This document shows, piece by piece, positions 1 through 9,471 of a stretch of 52,767 bases of DNA. Made by a program: the position numbers and the translations under genes. How positions within the stretch are numbered: position 1 is the stretch's first letter; the number at the start of each line of letters is the position of its first letter. Location of the stretch: the IMG/VR virus record IMGVR_UViG_3300042319_001969, positions 1 through 52,767 of that record. One strand, given 5' to 3'. The notes under the pieces are model-generated. The model was not told the origin of the DNA, did no database searches, and saw only the letters and a program-made list of their open reading frames with translations. This stretch comes from a virus (lineage: Duplodnaviria; Caudoviricetes).

Positions 1-2
1 GA

Positions 3-647
3 AGTAAGCTTTCAGGTTTATTCAGTGGTAAAATTGATGCTAAAAATCTATATAAGTATGAAACTTCAGACAACTTGTTTTATAACAATAAGTATGAAAT
101 TAAAGAAATGGATTTAGCTTTTGGTATTGTGTTAGACGCTAGTGGCAGTATGCAAGGAGATAAAATTACAGATGGTAAAGTATCTATGGTTTTATTACAT
201 GAAACTTTAAGAGCTTTAAACATTAACCATTCTATTATTGACCACACTGCTAGAGGTAACCACACTTGTATTGTTAGAAAATATCATGACTTTAAAGAAT
301 CTAAAAACTATGATATTACTAAGTCTTATGCTATAATGGATATTGTAGCTAGAGAAGGTAATAACGACGCAGGAGCCTTGTATTACATGGAGCAAGCGTT
401 GCTTAAAACTCAAAACAAAGACAAAATTTGTATTATATTTTCAGACGGCCAGCCAACAGAGTGCTCAGAACAAGAGTTAAAAGACCAAGTTAAAAGTATG
501 GAAAGAAAAGGAATTAAGGTTATTGGTATTGGCATTAATCTTCCAGAGATTGCCGAATATTACACAGACTATGCAAATGGTAAAAACCTTAATGAAATGG
601 TAAAAATTATTACAGACATCCTTAAACAATATGTATTGAATAAATAA
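3..647 (+). CDS. 3' part (vWA domain) of the vWA protein, duplicated in the terminal repeat
   Basis: Same protein as the C-terminus of 50298-52643; MIDAS motif DASGSM and FSDGQP; frame is open from the window start. Confidence 0.9.
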   Translation, partial: SKLSGLFSGKIDAKNLYKYETSDNLFYNNKYEIKEMDLAFGIVLDASGSMQGDKITDGKVSMVLLHETLRALNINHSIIDHTARGNHTCIVRKYHDFKESKNYDITKSYAIMDIVAREGNNDAGALYYMEQALLKTQNKDKICIIFSDGQPTECSEQELKDQVKSMERKGIKVIGIGINLPEIAEYYTDYANGKNLNEMVKIITDILKQYVLNK

Positions 648-687
648 GCCGTTATACGCTATTCGCTTTATAAACGGCTTAGGAGGT
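646..687 (+). promoter_or_regulatory. Intergenic hairpin AAGCCG...CGGCTT directly before the SD AGGAGGT
   Basis: Inverted repeat 646-651/675-680 with no U-tract; a similar element lies at 3341-3378. Confidence 0.55.
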
Positions 688-692
688 AGAAT

Positions 693-1127
693 ATGAATCC
701 TGCAGAAAAGTATAGGCTTTATGAAATCTTATTCTATTTATATTTTAATAGACAAGATGATACTACAATCAGTAATCAAAATTACTGGAATCTTATTAAA
801 AGCATATGTGACTTTTATGGAGTCAATATGGCTTTAGTAAGTAAAGCTTTACGATTATTAACAAATAATGACAATAAACCTTCAGATTTAGAAATAGTAT
901 ATTTACTTAATAAAGCCGGAGTTTCAGTTAGACCTTTAAACAAGATATCGGGCATTTATTGGCAAAAACAAAAAGAACATTTATTAAATATTGCTAATAC
1001 CTCACCGCCCTATATATTTCCAAGAATAACCGATACAGCTACTAAAGTTAATATTGAATCTTTTATAAAAGCAATGTATAATATAGGTAGTATATTTAAT
1101 GTATTAGACCAAGATTTAATCATGTAG
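693..1127 (+). CDS. Hypothetical protein
   Basis: 144-aa ORF, strong SD AGGAGG. Confidence 0.85.
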   Translation: MNPAEKYRLYEILFYLYFNRQDDTTISNQNYWNLIKSICDFYGVNMALVSKALRLLTNNDNKPSDLEIVYLLNKAGVSVRPLNKISGIYWQKQKEHLLNIANTSPPYIFPRITDTATKVNIESFIKAMYNIGSIFNVLDQDLIM

Positions 1128-1138
1128 GAGGAAAAAAC

Positions 1139-1381
1139 ATGAGTAATAAAAAGCCAAATTACGAAAAAATTTCTAGAAGTTTAGTCGCAGAATTTGTTAA
1201 AATATTTGGAGATTTTCCAGTAGCTACACTTCTTTTAAGATTAGGTTGTTCTTATACAGACCTTATTGCTTTAGGTATAAATAAAGAAGACGCACATTAC
1301 GCTATGTTAGAAGATGTTATTCCAAAAGGACCGACCCAATCTCTTGAATTAGAAGTTGTAGATGAAGAGGACATTGACTAA
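1139..1381 (+). CDS. Hypothetical protein with acidic C-terminus
   Basis: 80-aa ORF with SD AGGAGG; coupled to the next gene. Confidence 0.8.
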   Translation: MSNKKPNYEKISRSLVAEFVKIFGDFPVATLLLRLGCSYTDLIALGINKEDAHYAMLEDVIPKGPTQSLELEVVDEEDID

Positions 1382-1767
1382 TGTTTGAAGAATTGTTTCA
1401 AACAATGGAATTTTCAAATACTTCTGAAAAATTAAAATTAAAAATTTTATTTGATGAGTATATGAAAGGAATCCCAGATAATTTTTATTTAAATCAATTT
1501 GAATTACAAGCTAAATATTTAGGTAGTCAATACCAAGATTGGTACAAGCTACTTACTCATACACCATTTAAAACCTTTAAAGATAAACAAGTTTCGATTA
1601 TAGTCGAAACTAATACAAACAAAGCTTTAGGTGGTCAAATGGACTTAGATAAAGACGCTTTAAACTTGCTTAAAATGAAAAAAGATATTGTTCAAGCGCA
1701 AACAGGTTCTCAAAAACCTATAATCTTAGTTATCCCAGAAAGTCTATATTTTAAGGAGGAAAAATAA
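1381..1767 (+). CDS. Hypothetical protein
   Basis: 128-aa ORF, TAATG overlap with the upstream stop. Confidence 0.8.
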   Translation: MFEELFQTMEFSNTSEKLKLKILFDEYMKGIPDNFYLNQFELQAKYLGSQYQDWYKLLTHTPFKTFKDKQVSIIVETNTNKALGGQMDLDKDALNLLKMKKDIVQAQTGSQKPIILVIPESLYFKEEK

Positions 1768-1768
1768 A

Positions 1769-2065
1769 ATGACAGACTTAGTTAAACAAATTGAAAAATG
1801 GGGAGAATTACGAGGTTTAAACACCTCAGACCCTACTCGTCAATTTTTAAAATTAGCAGAAGAAGTAGGCGAATTAGCAGCAGCAATGGCTAGAAATAAC
1901 AGAGATGCCGAAGTAGATGCTATTGGAGATATCTTTGTAGTTCTTACTATTTTATCTAAGCAATTAGGCTACGATGTTACATCTTGTGTTCAAAAAGCAT
2001 ACGATGTTATTAAAAACAGACACGGTAAATTAGTAAATGGTGTTTTTGTTAAGGAGGAAAAGTAA
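1769..2065 (+). CDS. mazG: MazG-like nucleotide pyrophosphohydrolase
   Basis: KLAEEVGELA...DAIGD motif; single-domain size (98 aa). Confidence 0.9.
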   Translation: MTDLVKQIEKWGELRGLNTSDPTRQFLKLAEEVGELAAAMARNNRDAEVDAIGDIFVVLTILSKQLGYDVTSCVQKAYDVIKNRHGKLVNGVFVKEEK

Positions 2066-3187
2066 ATGGCCTATTTAGTTTATACTGATAGAGACAAACT
2101 TGTTTATATTGCTAACAAATTTAAACAAAGTAAAAATAATAAAATTAACTGGAAAGAAGCTACAGAAGAATTAAACTTTGTATTTAGCGAACAAGCCAGT
2201 ACTCAAATTTGGAAATTAAGACACCACAGAGCTTATAATTTTGTTATTAAACATACTATTGGTAATCAAGAAGCTTTAGCTCAGTTAAAAACAGAACGTA
2301 CAATTGCAGAACAATATATTTTACCCGTAGCTAGAACTAAAATTCTTACAGAACAAATACATACTCTTTTAGAAACTAATGCTAAACCTATGGCATTTAA
2401 AAAGAATTATTTAAATGTCAAACAAGAAAATGAATATATTTTTGTTACAAGTGATTTTCACTTTGATGGTGATAACACTATGTTAGAATCTTTACAAAAA
2501 GCATACAAACATATTATCACTAAACAAAAAATTCATAAATTTAAACGCATTAAACTTATTGAATTAGGAGACGTTGTCGAAGGTTCGCACCTTAGACCTT
2601 CTCAATTACTAGCTATTAAATCTTTATTAATTCCACAAACAGTTACAATTTCACAAGCATATGTAGAATTTTTACACAAGCTTACAGAAGACATGTTTGT
2701 AGATTTTTATTGCGTTACATCTTCTAATCACACTCAAACTAGAGCGTTTGGAACACAACGCAATGAGTTAGTAGAAGACGATGCTATGTTAATTTTTTCA
2801 GAAGTTGTTAAGACAGCTATGTCTAAAAATAAAAATTTTAAAATTCAAGCAGACAGAGATTTAGTAGCACACATTACTAGTAAACATAAAATGTTTATTG
2901 CTCATGGTCATTTAATTGAAGGTAAAAAAACAGGGTATGTTCAAGAACTCGCTATGGCTCGTAATATTACTTTTGATTACGCATTATTTGGGCACTTTCA
3001 TCATTATCGTGAAGTGACTTTATATAGCCGTGATACTTACAACATGAAAGTGTTTTACGCCCCTTCAATGAACACTAAACACAGTGATTATGAATTTGAC
3101 CGTAATTTATCTAGTAAAGCTGGAATACTTATGATGGTGTTTAATAATACTACAGGACACCAATATTGTCAAGAGTTATTTGTATGA
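2066..3187 (+). CDS. Calcineurin-like metallophosphoesterase with N-terminal helical domain
   Basis: Motifs SDFH, LGDVVEG, SNH, HGH and GHFH in canonical order. Confidence 0.85.
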   Translation: MAYLVYTDRDKLVYIANKFKQSKNNKINWKEATEELNFVFSEQASTQIWKLRHHRAYNFVIKHTIGNQEALAQLKTERTIAEQYILPVARTKILTEQIHTLLETNAKPMAFKKNYLNVKQENEYIFVTSDFHFDGDNTMLESLQKAYKHIITKQKIHKFKRIKLIELGDVVEGSHLRPSQLLAIKSLLIPQTVTISQAYVEFLHKLTEDMFVDFYCVTSSNHTQTRAFGTQRNELVEDDAMLIFSEVVKTAMSKNKNFKIQADRDLVAHITSKHKMFIAHGHLIEGKKTGYVQELAMARNITFDYALFGHFHHYREVTLYSRDTYNMKVFYAPSMNTKHSDYEFDRNLSSKAGILMMVFNNTTGHQYCQELFV

Positions 3188-3342
3188 CAGTTTATAAGTT
3201 TTATAAACTTAAAGATTTTGTAAAAAACTACAGCAGAAGAAAAATAAAAGACGAACTTATTGAATCTATATTACAAGAAGTAGTAGCAGAATATGAATCT
3301 GTTTTAATTACTTTAGAAATGCTAAAAAGAAAATTAAAGTAA
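3184..3342 (+). CDS. Small hypothetical protein (52 aa; not in the ORF track)
   Basis: ATGA overlap with the upstream stop; MTVYKFYKLKDF...LKRKLK fills the gap exactly. Confidence 0.65.
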   Translation: MTVYKFYKLKDFVKNYSRRKIKDELIESILQEVVAEYESVLITLEMLKRKLK

Positions 3343-3378
3343 GCCGCACTCTCTCTGCGAGATTGCCGGCTTGGAGGT
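3341..3378 (+). promoter_or_regulatory. Intergenic hairpin AAGCCG...CGGCTT directly before the SD GGAGGT
   Basis: Inverted repeat 3341-3346/3367-3372; same outer stem as 646-680. Confidence 0.55.
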
Positions 3379-3385
3379 AAAAGCT

Positions 3386-5194
3386 ATGAAGTTAAGCAAG
3401 TTTTTAGTCACTTCAGACGACGTAACTTTTAAACATTATTTATTATCAGATAGTATAGTTAAAAAAATTAACATTGAATTTAAATTCTATAATGTTCATT
3501 TTTATAAACAACAATATACTACAGATTTTGAAGTATGGTTAGAGTTCCCACACAGCAATATTTATTGGTATGTGGACTTTGAAAACTATATTAAATTTGA
3601 GCTATTAATTAAAGACATTAGATATGAACGCCAATGGCTTCAACTATTACACCAATTAAAAGAACAAATTAAAGAAGAAGCATCTGTATTACAAAAACAA
3701 TTAGACGAAATTAGTCAAAAAAGTATACTAGACGCTATGTATGAGTTTGACCTAAGAGACTATCAAGCTTTAGATTTACTACAGCTTACCACTAAAATGG
3801 CACACCATACACCTAGAATTGGTCTTATACTTAATGAGCAACGCACAGGCAAGACTAGAATAGCTATTGCAGCTGCTATTAAACAAATTCCACCAGGCGG
3901 AGTTGTGTTAGTCGTAGGTCCTAAAACATCTTTAATTTCATGGAAAACTGAAATTGAACATATGAACAGTTATTGGCAAAAAGACAGCATAGCTATTAAC
4001 GCAGACCTTGTGTTAAAGTTATCTCAGCTTAAAGATTTAAATACAACATACAGATTAGACAAATATAATTTTAGACTTATTAGTTACGACTTATTTAAAC
4101 GTGCAACTCAAGCACAGTATTCACAAATTACAAGTATTAAATATACTAAAAATATTGTAGTCATTGGTGATGAAGTTCACAGATTACGCAACTTTAAAAC
4201 CTTGCAATCTACAGCATTATTTAGATTTAAAGACTTTTGTGAAGAAAAGCAAATGAACATAGCTATTTTAGGATTAACAGGAACTCCTGCAGTCAAAGAA
4301 TCTCACGATGTATTTGGCTTACTTAGTTTTATTAATTATTCTAAAATATGGTTTCATCCGTATTATACACACTTTAATGAGTTTAAAGAATATTTTTACA
4401 TATGCGAAGATACTTCGTTTGGTAAAATTACTTTAGCATTGAAGCGAGCAGATGAGTTAAATTTCTTAATTAAAATTCATGCTGTTCAAACAAAACAAAA
4501 GAAATTAGCGTTATTTAAAGACTATGAAAAGAAATATAAAAAAGTAATGCTACCCCTTGACAATAAACAAAAAGAGATGTATGATTCTATTAGAGACTAT
4601 ATGGAGTATGGTACAGAAATTGATACCAAAAACAAATTGTCTCAATTAGTTAGATTACAGCAAATTTGTGTAGACCCAAGTAAATTAGTAGAATCTTATA
4701 CCAACATTCCGCCTAAAGCAGCTTATATTATTAAGCTTGCTCAAGCATATCCGGACTTGCCATTTATAGTTATGTCTAAAAAACTAGCTATTTTTGGTAC
4801 CCTAGCAAAGCAATTTGACTTGCTAGGAATTAAATACAGTTTAGTAACGGGAATAATCCCACTAAAAGATAAGCAGGAGGAGATAAAAAGATTCATGAAC
4901 AAAGAAACTCAAGTATTCCTCCTCCAGCTTGATGTAGGACGAGAAAGTCTTACATTACCAGTGGCGAAGCTCACTGTCTTTGCGGACAGGGACTTCGCCC
5001 AGGGATACAATGAACAGGCGGAAGCACGTATGACGCCGTTTGACGGTATCCCACAGGTGAAGTTTGTCATAGACCTCGTAATGGAGGGCACCATCGAGGA
5101 ACACATCTATGATATCCTTGTTACTAAAAAACAGAGCATCGGCGACGTCAATGAGCTCTGGACTTCAGAAAAGGAGGTAAAGTATGGAGTTTGA
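3386..5194 (+). CDS. SNF2-family (SF2) helicase
   Basis: EQRTGKT Walker A variant, DEVH, GLTGTP, RLQQIC, QAEARM; start moved to ATG 3386 downstream of GGAGG at 3373. Confidence 0.9.
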   Translation: MKLSKFLVTSDDVTFKHYLLSDSIVKKINIEFKFYNVHFYKQQYTTDFEVWLEFPHSNIYWYVDFENYIKFELLIKDIRYERQWLQLLHQLKEQIKEEASVLQKQLDEISQKSILDAMYEFDLRDYQALDLLQLTTKMAHHTPRIGLILNEQRTGKTRIAIAAAIKQIPPGGVVLVVGPKTSLISWKTEIEHMNSYWQKDSIAINADLVLKLSQLKDLNTTYRLDKYNFRLISYDLFKRATQAQYSQITSIKYTKNIVVIGDEVHRLRNFKTLQSTALFRFKDFCEEKQMNIAILGLTGTPAVKESHDVFGLLSFINYSKIWFHPYYTHFNEFKEYFYICEDTSFGKITLALKRADELNFLIKIHAVQTKQKKLALFKDYEKKYKKVMLPLDNKQKEMYDSIRDYMEYGTEIDTKNKLSQLVRLQQICVDPSKLVESYTNIPPKAAYIIKLAQAYPDLPFIVMSKKLAIFGTLAKQFDLLGIKYSLVTGIIPLKDKQEEIKRFMNKETQVFLLQLDVGRESLTLPVAKLTVFADRDFAQGYNEQAEARMTPFDGIPQVKFVIDLVMEGTIEEHIYDILVTKKQSIGDVNELWTSEKEVKYGV

Positions 5195-6137
5195 ATTTGA
5201 CACTATGACTAAGTTAGAATCGAAGCTTTCTGTGTCCGTCTATGGACCAGCCGGAAGCGGTAAAACGACCTCAGCCTTTAAATTGGCTATGGGGATTCGT
5301 GACCAACTGTATCCAGGCAAATCCCTTAAAGACATTGGATTATTTATCGACACGGAAAGAAAGTCTTCAAGTAAATCGGTAGGCCGAAACGTAGGCGGTG
5401 AGACGTTAGAGGCCATGGAGGTTTATCATTTTGAAGCCCCCTTCGATATCTACAAATACGCGCAACTAATAGAATATGCTGTAAGCCAAGGTAAGAAGAT
5501 TATTGTTACCGATAGCTTTACCCCTTTTTGGAGTGGTACTAGTGGCATACTTGACAATGTTGCAGAATTAGAAGTCTCTCTAGCGGGAGCAAAAAAAGCC
5601 TACGGTGCTTGGAGCGAGAAAGCCATAATCGCTAAAAAGAACCTGTTGAAATCTGTCGTGTCTAACAGTGCTGCGCACATGATATTCTGTTATCGTGCTA
5701 AAACAGAGTATGATATTACTAAAAACGACAAAGGTCGTACAGTAATTAATGTTATTGGAGTTAAGGAAGACATGCAAGGTGATGTTCCATACGAACACGA
5801 TATTGTATTTAGTGTTGACCGTGAAACTCATAACATTCGTATTATTAAAGACCGAATTGGCTTTGCGGAATATCGTATGACACGCACAGACTCTGAAGCT
5901 CCCATTGTTATCTCAGACGGTAAAGAATTAGCCAAGATTGTCTCAGAAGGTGTTACTTTACAAGAAGTAATTGCTAGAAAGAAATCTAAATTAATTCAAT
6001 TCATTTTAGAAGAAAAAGCACATAAGTCTTCCAAGGTTAGCCTGCTAGAAAAGGCAAAAAACATGGAATTAACTGACAGCTTACTCAACGGAATGGATTA
6101 CGAAGTTTTGACAAAAATTGTCGAAATGATTAAATAG
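5184..6137 (+). CDS. Sak4-like/AAA_24 P-loop ATPase (putative single-strand annealing recombinase)
   Basis: YGPAGSGKT, FIDTER, IVTDS; immediately upstream of an SSB-like gene. Confidence 0.8.
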   Translation: MEFEFDTMTKLESKLSVSVYGPAGSGKTTSAFKLAMGIRDQLYPGKSLKDIGLFIDTERKSSSKSVGRNVGGETLEAMEVYHFEAPFDIYKYAQLIEYAVSQGKKIIVTDSFTPFWSGTSGILDNVAELEVSLAGAKKAYGAWSEKAIIAKKNLLKSVVSNSAAHMIFCYRAKTEYDITKNDKGRTVINVIGVKEDMQGDVPYEHDIVFSVDRETHNIRIIKDRIGFAEYRMTRTDSEAPIVISDGKELAKIVSEGVTLQEVIARKKSKLIQFILEEKAHKSSKVSLLEKAKNMELTDSLLNGMDYEVLTKIVEMIK

Positions 6138-6146
6138 GAGGCCTAT

Positions 6147-6659
6147 ATGGCATTTAGTTTTAACAAATTACTCTCTACGATTGTTCCAGCCGGTACTTAC
6201 AAAGTTGTCATTGATGACATCAAATTTAAGACTGGTAAAACTGGGGAAGAAACCTCAGACATCTTTATCGTTTTTAAAATGATTGAAGGTGCTTATGCTA
6301 AAAGAACTGTTTTACATACTATGTATGAAAAAGCATTTTCATTCCGTTTACCAGGCTTTTTAAAAGCTGCTAAAGTTGACATGAGTCGTGAATTCGCAAC
6401 TGCTAAGGAACTTTATGCTTATGGCATTAAAGAATCTAAAGGCAAAATCATGAACATTGAAGTTGGTGTTCGTACATATAACGGTAATGACTACAATGAT
6501 GTTTTAAAGTTTATTCCTACTACTTCATCTACTACAACTGTTGAAGATGTTACTAAGCAATTTGGAAACATTGACCTTCGTCCTACTTTAAATAAGATGG
6601 CGAAAGCACAAGTTGAAGAAACTGCTGAAGAAATTAAAGACGACGAATTACCATTTTAA
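6147..6659 (+). CDS. Single-stranded DNA-binding protein (DUF669-like)
   Basis: N-terminal VPAGTYKVVI, acidic tail DDELPF, position between the Sak4-like gene and primase. Confidence 0.8.
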   Translation: MAFSFNKLLSTIVPAGTYKVVIDDIKFKTGKTGEETSDIFIVFKMIEGAYAKRTVLHTMYEKAFSFRLPGFLKAAKVDMSREFATAKELYAYGIKESKGKIMNIEVGVRTYNGNDYNDVLKFIPTTSSTTTVEDVTKQFGNIDLRPTLNKMAKAQVEETAEEIKDDELPF

Positions 6660-6680
6660 TAGAAAGGAAATATAATCGGT

Positions 6681-9470
6681 ATGGTTAACTCAGAAACCAT
6701 ATTCGACTTGGTATTTCCAGGAATGGCAATGGGCGAGAACACTGTTCTCTGCCCATTCCATTTCGAAAAAACGCCAAGTATGAATATCAACACAGTACAA
6801 AAAATTTATCATTGTTTTGGATGCGGAGCCCATGGTAACGAAAATGACTTTATTGAACAATACTACGGTATTTCTAAAGAAAATATTGCAGCATTTAAAG
6901 AAGCGTTATATAAATCAGAATTAGTTGAAGACTATGAACACTTCTCTAGAAATCAAGAAGATTTAGAACGTAATTTTACTTATGACTCACTTGTCAAATT
7001 AGGAATTTCTAAAACTTTATTAGATAATTTAAAAGTTGGTATTGAAGTAAATGTCGTTAGAGACCCTGATACCGGTAACTTTGATTTTGTTCCTAATACT
7101 GATAGCACGCGTTTAGTTTGGCCTATTATTGTTAAAAATCGCATTTTAGATTTAAGAGCTTATACAATTGCTAAAGGCACTTTGCCTAAGTCAAAATCTA
7201 AAGTTGGAGCACCTGCAGGTATGGTTTTACCATATCATTTATGGGAATCTGACGATAATCCTACAGTTGTTTGCGAAGGTGAAAAAGATATGACCTTTGC
7301 TAGAAATGCAGGATTTAACGCCATTAGTTTAGGCGGTTGTAATAATCTTCCAGCAATTTTCTTAAAGTCTTTTACAGACCGTTCAGTTTATATTGTTTAT
7401 GACAATGACAACGCTGGACGTGCAGGAGCACTTAAACTTGCTTCAGCGTTATACGAAGTTACTAAAAATGTCCATATTGCAGACATTAGTAAGTATGTCA
7501 AAGAAAATAAAGAAGATATTACAGATTTTTTTACAAAATATAAAGGTACTAAAGACCAGTTTCAAGAAATGTTAGACACTGCTAAAGTGTTTGATACTAC
7601 TTCTCAAGAACAATATATTAAAGAAAGCTATCCTAAAGTCACATTAAACGAAGCATCTACAACCCATTTAGGTAAAGTAGTTCGTAGTGACATTCAAGTA
7701 ATGGCTACTTATGAAGACCAATATTCAGTTCCTAGCTATGCTACTTTTAAAAAAGAAAAAACTGGCGGTAAAGACGAACTTAATCGTATTCCAGTTGGAA
7801 CTACAGAATACTGGACCTTAACTAAATATAACTTTGATGATGTTTTAGTTTTAGTCGAAAATAATCTTAAGAAAAGTCAAATTACAGACAATTTAAAGTC
7901 TTTAGTCGGTTGGGGATTAGAAGAAAATGTTAGTGTCACTACTTCAAATCCTAAAACTATATTTAAAGCACAAGTTGCAGATAATACAGAATCTGTTACA
8001 ACTCAAGATATTAAACGTACAGAATTTACTTGCTATACTGATATGAAACTAGAAGCTGGTAAAAATTATCAGTTAATTTATAAAATTGTTCCACATGCTT
8101 ATCGTGGTCAGCAACAAGTACTAGTGGCTATTTCTGTTAAAGAATCTAGTGATACTGTTACTTCATTTGAAGTTAATGAGCACACTATTAATGATTTAAA
8201 AGCTTTTCAAGGGATGCCATTTTTAGATTTAGTTACAAAGCAAAAAGCGTATATTAAATTTGACGTTGACAATCGTTTGTTAGAATTTATTGATTTGTGG
8301 TACCATACCCCACCTTCATTTTCTTTTGGTTATCATAAAGGAGTTCGTGGCTATTTAGATGGTCTTATTATTGCAGAATCACGTGTAGGTAAGTCTTCTA
8401 CAGCAAAAGCACTTTCTGAAATATATGAAGTTGGTGCAATTGCTTCATTAGCAGGTAGTGCCGCTACGCCAGCTGGTTTAATTGGAGGTAGTGTTAAAGT
8501 CGGTAATTCTTCTCAAATTCGCCCAGGTCTTATTCCACGTAATCACAATCGTTCTATTATATTTGAAGAGTTAGCTAAAGCTAAATATTCTTTATTACCT
8601 GAACTTACAGACATTCGTAGCTCAGGAATGGTTCGAATTAATCGTGCAACTGGCGATTTAACATTACCAGCTAGTGTTCGTATGTTATTTTTATCTAATC
8701 CTAAAGCTACTGAAGAAGGTCCAATTCGTCCAATTATTGCATATCCTAATGGATTAGAAATTATTAAAGACCTTATTGGTACCGTAGAAGATATTGCACG
8801 TTTTGACTTTGCCTATATTTTAGGAACTGAGCCTCAAACTATTAACCCTTCTTGGACTCCTCCAGAAGGTTTTACAATTGCTCAACTTAAAAGTCGTATC
8901 CGTTGGGTTTGGAGTCGTAAAGAAAATCAAATTATTATTCCAAATAAAGTCCAAGACCATATTGTAACAAAATCTAAAGAATACAATGAAATTTATATGA
9001 ATAGCACTAAAATCTTTAGTACAGAAACTTGGAAAAAACTAACACGTCTAGCCATTGCTATTGCAGGTTACACTGTTAGCACAGACATGGAATACAATAA
9101 TATTATTGTTACCGAACATCACGTTAACATTGCTGGGACATTACTTAAAAGTATTTACGATAATGATATCTTTAAATTAAAGCAATACACAGACGAAGAA
9201 CGTAAAAAGCTTTACTCAAGTACTGGAGACACAATGAAAATTCGCGATTTACGCGTACGTTTTCCAGCAGTTATGCAATACTTAGAAAATAACAGCACAA
9301 TTTCAAAAAGCACGTTATTTACTATTTCAGGTGTTGACCAAACTGTTTTTAATGACGTTATGCAAAACTTGTCTAAAGATTACTTTATTGAGTTATCTAG
9401 GGACAGAGTATTTCCTACACCTAAGCTTCTTATGACTTTAAGAAAGTTAAACGAAAGCGCAGGTACTTAA
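6681..9470 (+). CDS. Primase (CHC2 zinc finger + TOPRIM) fused to an MCM-family helicase
   Basis: CPFH..CFGC; CEGEKD, YDNDNAG; C-terminal GKSS, SAATPAGLIGG, IFEELAK, INRATG..LPASVRMLFLSNP and IARFD correspond to MCM motifs. Confidence 0.85.
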   Translation: MVNSETIFDLVFPGMAMGENTVLCPFHFEKTPSMNINTVQKIYHCFGCGAHGNENDFIEQYYGISKENIAAFKEALYKSELVEDYEHFSRNQEDLERNFTYDSLVKLGISKTLLDNLKVGIEVNVVRDPDTGNFDFVPNTDSTRLVWPIIVKNRILDLRAYTIAKGTLPKSKSKVGAPAGMVLPYHLWESDDNPTVVCEGEKDMTFARNAGFNAISLGGCNNLPAIFLKSFTDRSVYIVYDNDNAGRAGALKLASALYEVTKNVHIADISKYVKENKEDITDFFTKYKGTKDQFQEMLDTAKVFDTTSQEQYIKESYPKVTLNEASTTHLGKVVRSDIQVMATYEDQYSVPSYATFKKEKTGGKDELNRIPVGTTEYWTLTKYNFDDVLVLVENNLKKSQITDNLKSLVGWGLEENVSVTTSNPKTIFKAQVADNTESVTTQDIKRTEFTCYTDMKLEAGKNYQLIYKIVPHAYRGQQQVLVAISVKESSDTVTSFEVNEHTINDLKAFQGMPFLDLVTKQKAYIKFDVDNRLLEFIDLWYHTPPSFSFGYHKGVRGYLDGLIIAESRVGKSSTAKALSEIYEVGAIASLAGSAATPAGLIGGSVKVGNSSQIRPGLIPRNHNRSIIFEELAKAKYSLLPELTDIRSSGMVRINRATGDLTLPASVRMLFLSNPKATEEGPIRPIIAYPNGLEIIKDLIGTVEDIARFDFAYILGTEPQTINPSWTPPEGFTIAQLKSRIRWVWSRKENQIIIPNKVQDHIVTKSKEYNEIYMNSTKIFSTETWKKLTRLAIAIAGYTVSTDMEYNNIIVTEHHVNIAGTLLKSIYDNDIFKLKQYTDEERKKLYSSTGDTMKIRDLRVRFPAVMQYLENNSTISKSTLFTISGVDQTVFNDVMQNLSKDYFIELSRDRVFPTPKLLMTLRKLNESAGT

Positions 9471-9471
9471 T

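Larger units (their letters stand above)
1..771. repeat. Terminal direct repeat, copy 1 (overlap indicating a circular or terminally redundant genome)
   Basis: Bases 1-771 match 51997-52767 with about 13 substitutions. Confidence 0.95.
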
